Of a stretch of DNA of 64,000 bases, positions 12,413 through 24,365 are shown one piece after another. Under the pieces are notes generated by a model, which worked only from the letters and a program-made list of their open reading frames with translations, did no database searches and was not told the origin of the DNA. The stretch is from Pristiophorus japonicus (lineage: Eukaryota), in contig NC_091987.1 in NCBI RefSeq assembly GCF_044704955.1, positions 68,138,001 through 68,202,000 of the forward strand. Reading direction: 5' to 3'. The translations under genes were made by a program, and so were the position numbers. Position 1 is the first letter of the stretch; every line of letters starts with the position of its first letter.

Positions 12413-12809
12413 GCCGTTGCTGTCTTCTGGGGAGCTCTGTCCTCTGTCGCTTCAGGAAGTCAAAGTGGACCAATCAGAAACAAAGGGTGGAGCATGTTGG
12501 CCATTTTGGCAGTACAAATAAGCACGTCCTTACTGTACAGCTCTTCTAAAGTTTGAATATTAAACAGAATTATCATCATTGGGCAAATTGGTGGCATAAG
12601 AGCTTCAGGCATTGATTTGCAACAAAGCATAAACATGGTTAAACATGACAAGCTGTATGTCTTACATGGGCTGCAGGGTGGACCAAGTAGCATTAATAAA
12701 GGTTACTTCTCCCCTCTTGCATCTTTTTTTCTTAATTTATCTCTTTTTCTCTCATTCATTCACGCTCTCATTTTTCCTCTTTCTCTCCATTTTCTCATGA
12801 ATAGTAAAA

Positions 12810-13730
12810 GTATTTTATTAAAGTGCGCTTCACAACAATGTTACAAGACAAAACAGATAAACTTGACATCGAGCCACAAAAGAAGAAATTAAGGCAGATG
12901 ACCAAAAGCTTGGTTAAAGAGGTAGGTTTTAAGGAGCGTCTTAAAGGAGGGAACAGAGGTAGAGAGGCGGAGAGGTTTAGGGAGGGAGTTCTTGAGCTTA
13001 GGCCCAAACAGCTGAAGGCACGGCTACTGATGGTTGAGCAATTATAATGAGGGATGTTCAAGAGGGCAGAATTTGAGGAGTGCAGACATCTTGTGGAGTT
13101 GTGAGGCTGAAAAAGATTAGAGATAGGGAAGAGCAAGGTCATGGAGGGATTTGTAAACAAGAATGAGAATTTTGAAATCGAGGCATTGTTTAACCGGGTT
13201 CCAATGTAGGTCAGAAAGCAAAAGGGTGCTGGGTGATCGTGACTTGGTGCGAGTTAGGACACAGGCTGCTGAGTTTTGGATGACTTCAAGTTTATGTAGT
13301 GTAGAATGTGAGAGGCCAGCCAGAATTGAGTTGGAGTAGTCAAGTCTAGAGGTAACAAAGGCATGAATGTGGGTTTCAGCAGCAGAAGAGCTGAGGCAGG
13401 AGCGGAGGCGGGCAATGTTATGGAGATGGAAAATGGCAGTTTTAGTTATTCCGCGGGTATGTGGCTGGAAACTCATTTCGGGGTCAAATATGACACCTAG
13501 ATTGCGAACAATCAGATTGATGCTAGAGAGAGGGATGGAGTCAGTGGTTAGGGAACACAGCTTTTGGCAGGGACCTAAGATAATGGCTTCGGTCTTCCCA
13601 ATATTTAATTGGAGAAAATTTCTGCTCATCCAGTACTCGATGTCGGACAAGAAGTCTGACCATTTAGATACCAAGCAGGGGTCGAGAGAAGTGGTGGAGA
13701 GGTAGAGCTGGGTGTCATCAGCGTACATGT
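12810..13730 (-). mobile_element. L2-clade LINE 3' part
   Basis: Minus ORF YADDTQLY...FLQLNIGKTE...NLGVIFD...HAFVTSRLDYSNS...QNSAA. Confidence 0.9.
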
Positions 13731-13759
13731 ACATGTACACGCACATGTCGTCAGCGTAC

Positions 13760-14040
13760 AGCAATAAAATAAATGACCAGATCATCTATATTTGGTGTTG
13801 GGTAAGGGATAAATGTTGGCCAGGACACTGGGAAAACTCCCCTGCTGTTCTGCAAATAGCGCCATTCATCTGAGGGCAGATGGAGCCTCAGCTCATCTGA
13901 AGGACAACACCTCTGAGAGTGCAGCACTCCTTCGGTACTGCACTGAAGTGCCAACCGAGAATATGTGCTCAAGTCTCTGGAGTACGGCTTGTACCCACGA
14001 CCTGCTGACTCAGAGGTAAGTGTGCTACCAATGCTGATAC
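13760..14040 (-). mobile_element. tRNA-derived Deu-domain SINE (SacSINE1-like)
   Basis: Homologous to 19763-20189; tRNA-like head at the right end. Confidence 0.7.
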
Positions 14041-14269
14041 CTGAGAAGTGTGAATTGAATATTATTGTAACTGTAGCATGATTAGCCGATTTCGTTTTAC
14101 TCCTACGAATTGATTTACGTCGCACAAATTCATCCACAGCAAAATCATGCCCACTTGTTATATAGACATGAGGAAGAGAGAAGGGGAAAGATACTGTCCC
14201 CACTCAGAACTAATGCAGAAACCCCTCTGCTGCGCTCGGGGTGGCCACCCGCAGCCTGGATACACTAAC

Positions 14270-14832
14270 AGGAGAACACCAGCGGCAGGTCGGGGCCATA
14301 AAAGGAACGCCGAGCGGTCCTGGGAGCAGCTTGGAGGTCCCGGGAGACTACTCCAGGGAGCAGCGTGAGCTGGTGCAGGAGGGCGGCAGCAGCGAAGAGT
14401 GACGTCATCAAGGTCCAGGCCAGTGATTGGAGTGTGAGCAGATACAGCAGGAGCGCCGAGATCGGGGCGAAGGAGCGGCGAGAGACTGTAGACGGATGTG
14501 ATCAGGGCCCAGGGGAGGCATGAGTTTGGGGATAGGGGTCCAGGGGCAGCACGGGCCAGCCCACACTGCGATATGTGTGCGCACTAGGTCCGTGCAGCAG
14601 AGCTGGTCTGTCGTCTTGGTTAACCCTTGCCACTGGACCAAGACAAAGCTCTGTCAAGCCCGTGTGATGGCTGGGTGCAACGGCCACCACACATTAAAAA
14701 AATCCACGCAGAGGCATCTTCCACCCTTCGGGATGTAGATCAGGTCCTTCATTGAAACACCTGTGAACTCACCCTTTTTCGGCTTGGAAGTAAGTCATCC
14801 TAGTTTCGAGGGACCGCCAATGATGATGATGA
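14270..14832 (+). mobile_element. Non-autonomous RTE-mobilised element (SINE-like) with (ATG)n tail
   Basis: 3' end ggaagtaagtcatcctag...gagggaccgcc(a/tg)n matches RTE tails; 13-bp TSD tggatacaYtaac (14257-14269 and 14833-14845); no RT ORF. Confidence 0.82.
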
Positions 14833-15149
14833 TGGATACATTAACGTCCCAACAGCTCATTGACTGTCGGAGTGGGACCGTGCGGCGCTTCAGAAGACAG
14901 GTCAAAAAGGCAAAGTCACTGATTCTGTCGAATGTGCTCCTCCTTTCAAGAACAGCAACACACACTAAAAATGCTTCAATAATGTGTAAAACTCTATTTG
15001 CACAAGCAGTGAAACTAGCCCACAGCAACTTAGTGACAACACGGAATCGTGATACACACAGTGCCAGGATCCCATGGTTTTCAAAATATGTGCATATCAT
15101 TAAACAAGAAGAATGAACCTGTTCTCCAACTGCAGAAACAAAAAGAAAA

Positions 15150-16110
15150 ATCCCCGTGAGGCGGGTTTAACCGTCAGGAGTCTCCGCCCGCGGAGCTGTG
15201 CCCTCCCCTTTAACAGCGCTAATTACCTGAAAGAGGGAAAGTCTGCCTTGGTGCTTCCGCCTTGTTTCTGCGGCTAGGGATTAAGGTCGATGGGAGCAGG
15301 AACTTCGAAAGTGCCTGACAACTGAAGCTCGGTTTGTTTGGTATTTTTACCCCCGAGCGTGGAAGGTGGTTTCTAAAATCGAGTTTACAAAGTTTTTTTT
15401 TCCCTTTAAAAAAGTTTGAAACTACAGCCTGGAGTTTCTACTGTTGGAAAAAGTGGCACCTGGAGTGAGTGTGAGGTGTTGGAAACGCTTCAGGAGTTAG
15501 TATCGGAGGAGGGGGTTCTCGCTCGCTCGCTCGCTCTCTCTCTCTCCTTTGCTGCGAATTTGAAAAGTGTTTCCCAGAAAAGGCAGATCCTTGGAGAACA
15601 TGGAGCGCCTGGTGTGGGTACTGCTGCTGCTGCTGGGGAATTGGGGTAAGTTTTCGGGCGACGGTTCTCTGGAGCCCCCCACGTGCCGCTTCTGATTGTC
15701 CCCGCGGAGGGACACGGCGGCGGGCTGGAGCGGACTCCGGGTGAGCAGGAGGGACAGGGCTGAGGGTGAGGGGCAGGACCCTGTGCAGCTCCGGGGGCAG
15801 TCCATTTATTGGCTGGCTGAAGGCAGCGTGGGGGCATCTGTTTGTGTGATTTTTTTTTTAACTAGACAAACTCGCTGCTGTTTTGATCCGTCTCTTGATT
15901 TTTTTTTTCTTGAAGTGGGAGAGTTCGGCGTTATTTCACGGTAAATGTAGGATCGATAAACCGCTGGGTCTAAAGGGAAAGATCTTTCGGGACGGGAATT
16001 AGTCTAAAGTGATTTTTGGGCGGGTGGATAAAGTTTGCAAGTTGGTTGCGGCTTGGCCTTTATTTGTTGGAGCTGATCCTGTGATTTCAGTTTCCAGACC
16101 CGCGAAGGTT
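15150..16110 (+). promoter_or_regulatory. CpG-island-like promoter/5' UTR region of PTGFRN
   Basis: Locally GC- and CpG-rich non-repeat sequence around exon 1; GC-box-like GAGGCGGG (~15158) and CCGCCC (~15184); (GCTC)n/(CT)n just upstream of the ATG. The TSS cannot be determined. Confidence 0.65.
15600..15645 (+). CDS. PTGFRN: PTGFRN coding exon 1, signal peptide MERLVWVLLLLLGNW(G)
   Basis: Strong Kozak context gagaacATGG, poly-Leu hydrophobic core, donor G|GTAAGT in phase 1 matching exon 2, lies in a CpG-rich region. Confidence 0.85.
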
Positions 16111-17229
16111 TTCAGGGAGATTATTTACCTTTGTTTTTTTTGGCAGCGACATTTTAAACATTGCACGGACAGGGCTAATGTGCGACTAATTTAAACAGAT
16201 GCACGGTGTCAGTCCACAAAACTACAAGTAGTTTATCGCCCTCTTCTGCCCTCTGTTCCCGGTTTAAATTTAACCCTCCCTGTCAAACTTCGGAGACAGT
16301 AAACGAGCCTGGGCAGCGATTCAATATTTGCTTTGCAGACTATCTGTCCCAATATATTCATCTCTGCTTGAGTATCTCTCGATTGGTTCTAAACGTATGT
16401 ACAGTGGCACTCTTACGATGTATTTATTTCTGAACCGCATGAAAGGAGCAGAGATCTCAAAACAATGGCCCTTCTTCACCGTCACCTCATCTGACATTGA
16501 TTTTTCTCCTCTGCCGTGCTCAGAAATTGTTCATTATTAGTGGGACCCTCATTGTGTGTAAGTTGTATTTCAAAGACACTTTTGACATATAAAGTTAAGC
16601 AGTGTTTGTCCCAATAACACATGTCAACAGTCTTACACCTTTTTAAGTATAATAACTAACTTGTGTTCCAGAAAAAAATGATTTTAATTGTCACTTGGTT
16701 GAACCCACATTTGTTATTGTAGTCTTGTTTCTTTTTTAAACCATGAGTTTAAAATATATTTTTTTACAGGGCAATGTCACCTTGGGCATTGAGCTCTGTA
16801 TATAGGGGTAAAAATGCTGCCTTGGTGATTAATCTTTGAAGCAAACTCAGATCATTCTGTTTAATTCTTGTGGGCTTGGTATCTGCAGACAACTAATCTG
16901 ATTCATAATAAACATGGTTTGTTAACTGAGATTTTATTATCTACACAATTAGTGTAAAATAAGTTTTTTTTTCATTTTGCTAAGTTTATACAGGTACCGA
17001 TTTTTTTTTTACATCACATTGTTGCCATCGCGATGCCCTAAAAACAATTTTACAAGCAAGTTTGGAGCCATGCCTTACTGCAAACAATGTGTATGTGATC
17101 ATGGTAATGGGTTACCAATTGTACTTGTCTGGTTATTTTTGCTAGTTTTCTCCCCTCTCTTATTGAAATACAATACAATTTCACCCCATTACTTCGTCCA
17201 TGTAGTCATTGTTAATTTGTAAACCTACG

Positions 17230-18115
17230 CAACAGCAACAACTTGCATTTAAAAAGTGCCTTTAACATAGAAAAAAACAACCAAGGCATTTCACAGAAGT
17301 GTAATCGGATAAAAATCGACACCAAGCTAAAGAAAGAGATATTAGAAGGGGTGACTAAAACGTCAGTGGGGTGGGTTTTAAGGAGGAGAGTGAGGTGGAG
17401 AGGTTTAAGGAAGGAATTCCAGAGCTTGGGGTCCAGACGGCTGAAGCCACAGCTGCCAGTGGTTGGGTGAAGGGAGTGGGGGATGCACAGGAGTCCACAG
17501 TTAGAAGAATGCAGAGTTCTCAAAGGGTTCTTGGGCTGGATGTGGTTAGAGAGATGGGGAGGTGTGAGGCACTGAAGGGATTTGAGCACACAGATGAATA
17601 TTTAAAATTTGTACTGGGAACCAATGTAGGTTGATGAGTACAGGGGTGAGTGGGACTTAGTTCAGGATAGCATACAGACAGACAGCAGAGTTTTAGATGC
17701 ACTGTAGTTAATGAAGGGTGGAAGATGGGAGGTCGGCCAGGAGAGCATTGGAATAGTCTAGTCTGGAGGTGACAAAGGCATGGATGAGGGTTTTGGCAGC
17801 AAATGTGCTGAGGCAGGGCTGGAGATGGGTGCTATTTTGGAGGTGGAAGTCGCGGTCTTTGTGATGGGGGACGATATGGGGTCAGAAGCTCTACTGGATC
17901 AAATAGGATGCCGAGGTTGCATGCGGTCTGGTTCAACCTGAGACAGTAGCTGGGGAGGGTATTGTAATTGGTGGTGAGGGCACAGAGTTTATTACTGGGG
18001 TCAAAAGTGTAAGCTTTGTTTTCCCAATGTTTGAAGACATTGTGGCTCATCCTGGATTGGATATTGGACAAGCAGTCTGATAGCAGGGAAGCAGCAAAGG
18101 GGTTGAGATACGGTG
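17230..18115 (-). mobile_element. L2-clade LINE fragment
   Basis: Collinear with 12810-13730; NLGILFDP remnant on the minus strand. Confidence 0.8.
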
Positions 18116-18849
18116 CAAATTTGACCTAGAACTGTTTTTGGGAATTAAACTGGGAGGTCATGAAACCTTGAGTTAGTATTGTATTACTGTGGCTATGCCA
18201 GGCTTGTCTACATTGTTAACAGTGTTTTATTAGTTTTGTGTGATTTGAGGCCATGGACAAGTAGTGCAGAGGGTGTCAGACCTAAGGGTCTACTAGTTTG
18301 ACTATATGTTGTAATTATCATTTGCTACACTTTATACTTTAATGTTTGCTAAATGTAGCTCCCCATCCCTCATATGGTTATACTTTAGCAGGCTTTTACT
18401 TTTCTGTTTTTGATTTACCCAGTCATACTGTTTCAGTTTCATTAAGGTGGAACTTGGCTACTGCTGTGTCAGTCAAATAATGAATTAAATCTGTTCTAAC
18501 CCTGAAGGGTAGGGAAGAAAAGGTAAAAAAAATCTGTCGTTACTGGGACTGTAACACCATTTTGAGGCTGTAAGAATTGTATAGTCCTTTTGAAGCTTAG
18601 CAGAGTTTCTGTTTTGTTAGGATGTTGCCACAGGGAAAATGTTAGACAACGTATCTTAGCTGATTCTCCCTAGCGGGTTTAACTTGTACAGCACCAGAAC
18701 AAAAGAAAAGATGCAAATTGATCATCAGTAATTATATTTTTTATATTTGAAAAGAAATCCCATCCTGAGCTACTCCTAGCCCTCTGCAGTTGTTCTTGAT
18801 GCAATTGCAAAGGTGTGTGCATTCCACTGAGTTCTCTTCTTACTCTTGA

Positions 18850-19130
18850 GCATCACTGATTTTAATCGCTCAGTCATTGGTGGCTGTGCCTTCTGTTGCC
18901 AAGGCCCTAAGCTCTGGAATTCCCTCCCTAACCCTCGCCGCCTCTTTACCTCTCTTTCCTCTTTAAGACGCTCCTTTAAAACCTAATTTTTTTGACCAAG
19001 CTTTTGGTCACGTGCTAATTTCTACTTGTGTGGCTCGGTGTCAAATTTATTATATCAAAATACTCCTGTGAAGTATCTTGGGATGTTTTACTGTGTTAAA
19101 AGTGCTATATATATATACACAAGTTATTGT
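18850..19130 (+). mobile_element. L2 3' end
   Basis: Reverse complement of the 12810-13050 tail (ccctaagctctggaattccctccctaa...tgaccaagcttttggtca). Confidence 0.78.
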
Positions 19131-19762
19131 CATACTGCCCCTGCTTGATGGGAAATGACTGGCTTCTAAGTGACACCTTCCCTCAATGGTGCTTTGCTGT
19201 GTTCAGTGTCAACAATCGGACAGCTTTTTAAAATTTTGAAAAAATTGGAGGAGCACAGTTTTTCTTTTAAAACTTTGATAACATTCTGTTGGCTTTGTTG
19301 ATTGCTACGCTGCTCTGGTTGGACATGTTAAGTATCAAATCTACTAGGACTTGTGCATTTTTCAACTTCGTCATTAGCTCTAGTCAACTCCATGGAATAT
19401 ATATGTTGCCCATTTTCCCCCCTATGTGCAGTACCTTACTCATGACTACATCAAATGTTATCTGCTGTTCTGATCATTCACATATTTTACCTAACATATT
19501 TAATGTCTGAGCTTCTTGTTCTAATTCTACTGCCCTTCCTAGTTTGGTAGCACCTGAAAATATGACCAATTTTTAGTGGACTACTGAGTTCAATTCATTG
19601 TAAATTAGAAACAGTAATGAGCCCTAGAATACCCCATTCAGCACTGCTCCTCACCCACTCCTGTAATCAGTACCTGTGTTTGTAACTCCTGATTGTTTGG
19701 ACTCATGAATGTTCTGGCCGATCACATAGTTTCCAGTTTTTTAAAAAACTAGCAGCATTATA

Positions 19763-20189
19763 AAAAGAAAGACTCGGATTTATATAGCACCTTTCATGAC
19801 CACCGTATGTCGCAAGGCGCTTTACAGCCAGTGTACTTTTGGAGTGTAGTCACTGTTGTAATGTGGGAAACGCGGCAGCCAACTTGCGCACAGCAATATG
19901 ATGACGACCAGATAATCTGTTTTTTTTATTATGTTGATTGAGGGATAAATATTGGCCAAGATATCAGGGGAGTTATTCCCCTGCTCTTCTAAATAGTGCC
20001 TTGGGATCTTTTATGTCCACCTGAGGGCAGGCAGATGAAAGACGACACCTCTGACAGTGCAGCACTCGCTCAGCACTGCACTGGAATGTCAGCCTAGATT
20101 TATGTGCTCAGGTTCCTGGAGTGGGACTTGAACTCACAACCTTCTGACTCCGAGGAAAATGTGCTACCCACTGAGCCACAGCTGACACT
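19763..20189 (-). mobile_element. tRNA-derived Deu-domain SINE, near full length
   Basis: Minus-strand head gtgtcagctgtggctcagtgggtagc...gttcaagtccc (A/B boxes), central aaagatccc...gaagagcagggg...tggccaatatttatccctcaa, and L2-like tail ...gctatataaat. Confidence 0.82.
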
Positions 20190-20191
20190 GT

Positions 20192-21474
20192 GGGCCCAAG
20201 TTTCCACAGGATAAAAAACGGGCGCCCCTCTGAGCTGGGTGCCCATTTTTCGCGCCTAAAACGGCGCCAGAAAAAAAACGCGCTATTCTCAAGCGCTTTG
20301 CAGCTCCTTGTCTGCCTGGCATGGCGCCCAGGGGAGCCTACACTCGCACCGATTTTGTAAGTGGGAGGGAGCGGGTACTATTTGAATTAGTTTTTTTCCT
20401 GCCGGCAACGCTGCGCGTGCACGTTCGAGCATTCACGCATGCTCAGTGTGAAAAAAACATTGGCACTCAGCCATTTTTGTAGTTCTTTGTAACTGTTTAA
20501 TTTTTGAACATTTTTTAATAAAATCACATTGCCATCAGCACATCAGCACTGAGGCTACCCTTCTCACTGTCTCCTTCCCCTCCCTCCACGGCAACAAGCC
20601 GCTGTCTCCTTCCCCTCCTCTGCGCGGCAACAAGCCGCTGTCTCCTTCCCCTCCCTCCCCTCCTCTGCACGGCAACAAGCCGCTGTCTCCTTCCTCTCCC
20701 TCCCCTCCCCTGCGCGGCAACAAGCCGCTGTCTCCTTCCTCTCCCTCCCCTCCCCTGCGCAGCAACAAGCCGCTGTCTCCTTCCCCTCCTCTGCACGGCA
20801 ACAAGCCGCTGTCTCCTTCCTCTCCCTCCCCTCCCCTGCGCGGCAACAAGCCGCTGTCTCCTTCCCCTCCCTCCCTCCCCTCCACGGCAACAAGCCGCTG
20901 TCTCCTTCCCCTCCCTCCCCTCCGCGGCAACAAACCGCTTTTTCCTCCCCCCCCCCCCCTCCTGCTCAGCGGCACGAACGGCTGCAGAATTCTCCCTGAC
21001 TGAAGCACTTTCACACAGGTAAGAAGATGGTTTATTTAATCTTTTCTTTGCTTATAAATGTTTATTCAGGTTGGATTTATTTGTATAATATTTGTAGAAG
21101 TATAAATAAGGATTTATTATAGAATTTAATGACTTCCCTTCCCCCCCCCCCCCCCACCTTGTTCTGGACGCCTAATTTGTAACCTGCGCCTGATTTTTTA
21201 ATGTGTAGAACAGGTTTTTTCAGTTCTACAAAAATCTTCACTTGCTCCATTCTACTTTAGTTTGGAGTACGTTTTCACTGTGGAAACTTTCAAATCAGGC
21301 ATCAGTGGCCGGACACGCCCCCTTTTGAAGAAAAAATTCTGTTCCAAAGTAGAACTGTTCTACCTGACTAGAACTGCAGAAAAAAAAATGTGGAGAATTG
21401 CGATTTCTAAGATAGTCCGTTCTCCACCAGTTGCTCCTAAAAATCAGGCGCAAATCATGTGGAAACTTGGGCCC
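20192..21474. mobile_element. Harbinger-type MITE (TIR GGGCCCAAGTTTCCACA)
   Basis: 17-bp perfect TIRs; 3-bp flanks TGT/TAT; no coding capacity. Confidence 0.88.
20568..20940. repeat. Minisatellite inside the MITE, 9 copies of CGGCAACAAGCCGCTGTCTCC plus pyrimidine linker
   Basis: Core starts at 20589, 20625, 20670, 20715, 20760, 20796, 20841, 20885, 20925. Confidence 0.92.
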
Positions 21475-21530
21475 TATGTATCTCATGGATATCCTGTCTA
21501 CTCATCTTTGAAGATAACTTTTCATATGTG

Positions 21531-21938
21531 CATCATCATAGGCAGTCCCTCGAAATCGAGAAAGACTTGCTTCCAATCCAAAAGTGAGTTCTCAGGTGGC
21601 TGTACAGTCCAATGTGGAAATTACAGTCTCTGTAACAGGTGGGGCAGACAGTGGTTGAAGGAAAGGGTGGGTGGGGAGTCTGGTTTGCTGCACACTCTTT
21701 CCGCTGTCGACTCTTGATTTCTGCATGCTCTCGGCGACGAGACTCGAGGTGCTCAGCACCCTCCCCGGATGCTCTTCCTTCACTTTGGGCGGTCTTGGGC
21801 CAGGGATTCGCAGGGCCGGTGGGGATGTTACACTTTATCAAGGGGGCTTTGAGGGTGTCCTCGAAGCCTTTCCTCTGCCCACCTGGGGCTCGCTTGCCGT
21901 GTATGAGTTCCGAGTGGAGCATTTGCTTAGGGAATCTC
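21531..21938 (-). mobile_element. RTE LINE 3' fragment
   Basis: PKQMLHSELIHGKRAPGGQRK; C-terminal CPTC..C...GLYSHLRTH zinc knuckle; (CAT)n tail on +. Confidence 0.88.
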
Positions 21939-22479
21939 AATATGCATCTTGTAACCACTGTAGCTCCGTTGACAGATTTCAAGAGATGGTCAGGATTTGT
22001 TTTATAAAAATTCAGAAAATGAAGTTAACACAATATAAGAATATTGGGTAGCTCCTGCTCCTGACATGATTTTTTTAGGCTTAAAGTTTTCCCAATAGTA
22101 TTGAAATTATTATTGTGAGTACATTGAATGCATCTCTAAACTTCACATCATGTATAAGCACTCCACTTGCAGCGGGTGTTCATACATTGCCAGAGCTAGA
22201 CTAACACATAGATCAGCTAAGTACATGCCAAGACCACCAAAGAGAGGGGGAGGTGTGAAAATCAAATGGGCAAAATAGAATTTTACCTGTCAGATGTTTG
22301 TCACTGAGTACAAAGCCATGGTGCCCAATGTTGTAGTTACTGGAGTACAGATGAGATGGTGTTGATAGATGCTGAGATTTGCTTGCCCACACTGGCAGGT
22401 GAGGTCTGCTGTGCATGCAAGAATAATAAGTGCAGCAAGTTATTCTCCTCTGCTTAAAGCAAATTTCCCAGCTGCTAAT

Positions 22480-23345
22480 TGTTTACAGTACCAACATTGA
22501 GGCCATGGCATCCCGTGAGAAAGGGTCTAAGAAATTGCACAAGGACACACCGGTCAGCAAAGTGGGCACATAAATGGCAGACACAATTTAATGCAAAAAA
22601 TGCAAAGTAATGCCTTTTAGGAAAGCGAACCATGAAAGGAAGTACAGGTACCATATATCCTAAAATGATCAAACCAGGGATATCTAGGGGTGCAAATGCA
22701 TAGATTTTTTAAAGTTGGAATGTAGCCAGAAATAGCCATAAAAAAACAAGGAAAATTCTGTGTTTTATACATTGGAGCATTCAATATAAAAGTAAGGAAA
22801 TTATTTTGAATGTGTACAGAACATTGGTTAGATCACAGAACTGCACAAAATATTCCATCTGTGCACCCCTTTTTATAGGAAGGTTTTTGGAATCATGGAA
22901 AAACAAAGCCACAGGATATTAACTGAAATTATACCAGGAATGAGAGGTTATAGTTATGAAGAAAGGCTTAAACATTGATGGAGGTGCTTTTTCTTAATTG
23001 GAGCCGAGGGTTTTTTTAGGGAGATCCTGTAGTGGTTTTCAGAATTCTGAAAGGTTTTGAGAAAGTAAATGATGTATTGTTTCTACCAGTTGATAGACTG
23101 GCAAAAAGGGGGCATAGGTTTAGGATTATCACTAGAAGATAGGTGAGGAAATTTGGGGGGTGGGGGAAGGAGGGTTATGAGGACAGAAATGATTTACCAC
23201 AAGGGGTTGTTGAGGCAGAGATTTTCTAATATCATTTTAAAAGGGAATTGGATAAGTATTTGAAAAGGAAGAATATAAATAATATACGGACAAAGGATAG
23301 GGAAATTGAATTAGAATGAAGAGCTGGCCAAATGTCCTCCTCCCA
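22480..23345 (+). mobile_element. Old degraded CR1 LINE
   Basis: Degenerate aaatggcag..aatttaatgc, gaaattataccaggaatgagagg, aagggaattggataagtatttg motifs. Confidence 0.7.
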
Positions 23346-23962
23346 TGGTTTAAATTAATACAGTAATTTATACCCAGCCACAATTGTTTCTCCTTTGAAA
23401 TCTATATTGTATTTGTTATGAAACAAAAGCAACAGTCAACTCACTGGAAACATTGGTGGGTTGTGATTTGTGAATATTGAATTTCTTTGCCCAATTATTA
23501 TTATACCAGTTGGATAAAACTTTGGCTAGGAATGCAAATTAGTCATGGCCTGCTTGTTTTGAAATTGATGCAGTGTCTGCACATCCTTATTTGAGATAGT
23601 AAGCACATTCCTATGTAAGCACTTGGTATTTCCAATTAACCACACAATTGGATCCCAATAACTACATGGCCTCTTGCTCCTATTCTGATCCCATTGCAGG
23701 CACTGGTAGAACAAACTACAGTACTGTGAAAACTTTGAATGAGGCCAAGTCCTTACTCCACAGTAACATGAACCTGTGTTGGCTAGTGGACTAAACCCAG
23801 GATTGAGATGGCATTCACAAAGCTGTATTAATCTACTTCACTACCTTTCATCACCACCATCACGTGGCTGTTTCCATATCAACTGTCAAGCTCCTATTTA
23901 TCAAAACAAAAAGTGTAATGAATTCCAAATGGGCTTGGGTTTTGAAAATAGTATAAATCAAT

Positions 23963-23965
<3 letters not shown>

Positions 23966-23997
<32 letters not shown>
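23966..23997. repeat. (TC)n microsatellite
   Basis: Direct read. Confidence 0.95.
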
Positions 23998-23999
<2 letters not shown>

Positions 24000-24084
24000 C
24001 TTCAGTGGGATGATGGGAGTTCAGGGATATAATGGAAAAGAATAGCCATTTGTACATATTTGCCACCAGCTCTTTACCTTCCTT

Positions 24085-24365
24085 ACTTACCTCTGAGTCA
24101 GAAAGTTGAGTCTCACTCCAGAGACTTGAGCACATAATCTAGATTGACACTACAGTACAGTACTGAGGGAGTTGGAGGGCCTGTCTTTTGGATGAGACAT
24201 TAAACTGAGGCACAGAATGCCCTCTCGGATGGACATCAAAGATCCCATGGCATTTTTCGAAGAAGAGCAGAGGAGTTCCTTCAGTGAACATCGCAAACAA
24301 ATTATCTGGTCATTATTATATTGCTGTTTGTGGGAGCTTGCTGTGCACAAAAAGGCTGCCCCTTT
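24085..24365 (+). mobile_element. Deu-domain SINE fragment
   Basis: ctctgagtcagaa...ctccagagacttgagcacataatctag...aaagatcccatggca...gaagagcagagg. Confidence 0.72.

Noticed and set aside
20100-20189. tRNA gene
   Set aside because: The A/B boxes belong to a SINE head continuing into a Deu body; no full cloverleaf. Same for the other SINE heads.
20568-20940. CRISPR-like repeat-spacer array
   Set aside because: The linkers are low-complexity variants of each other, there are no cas genes, and the array lies inside a eukaryotic MITE.
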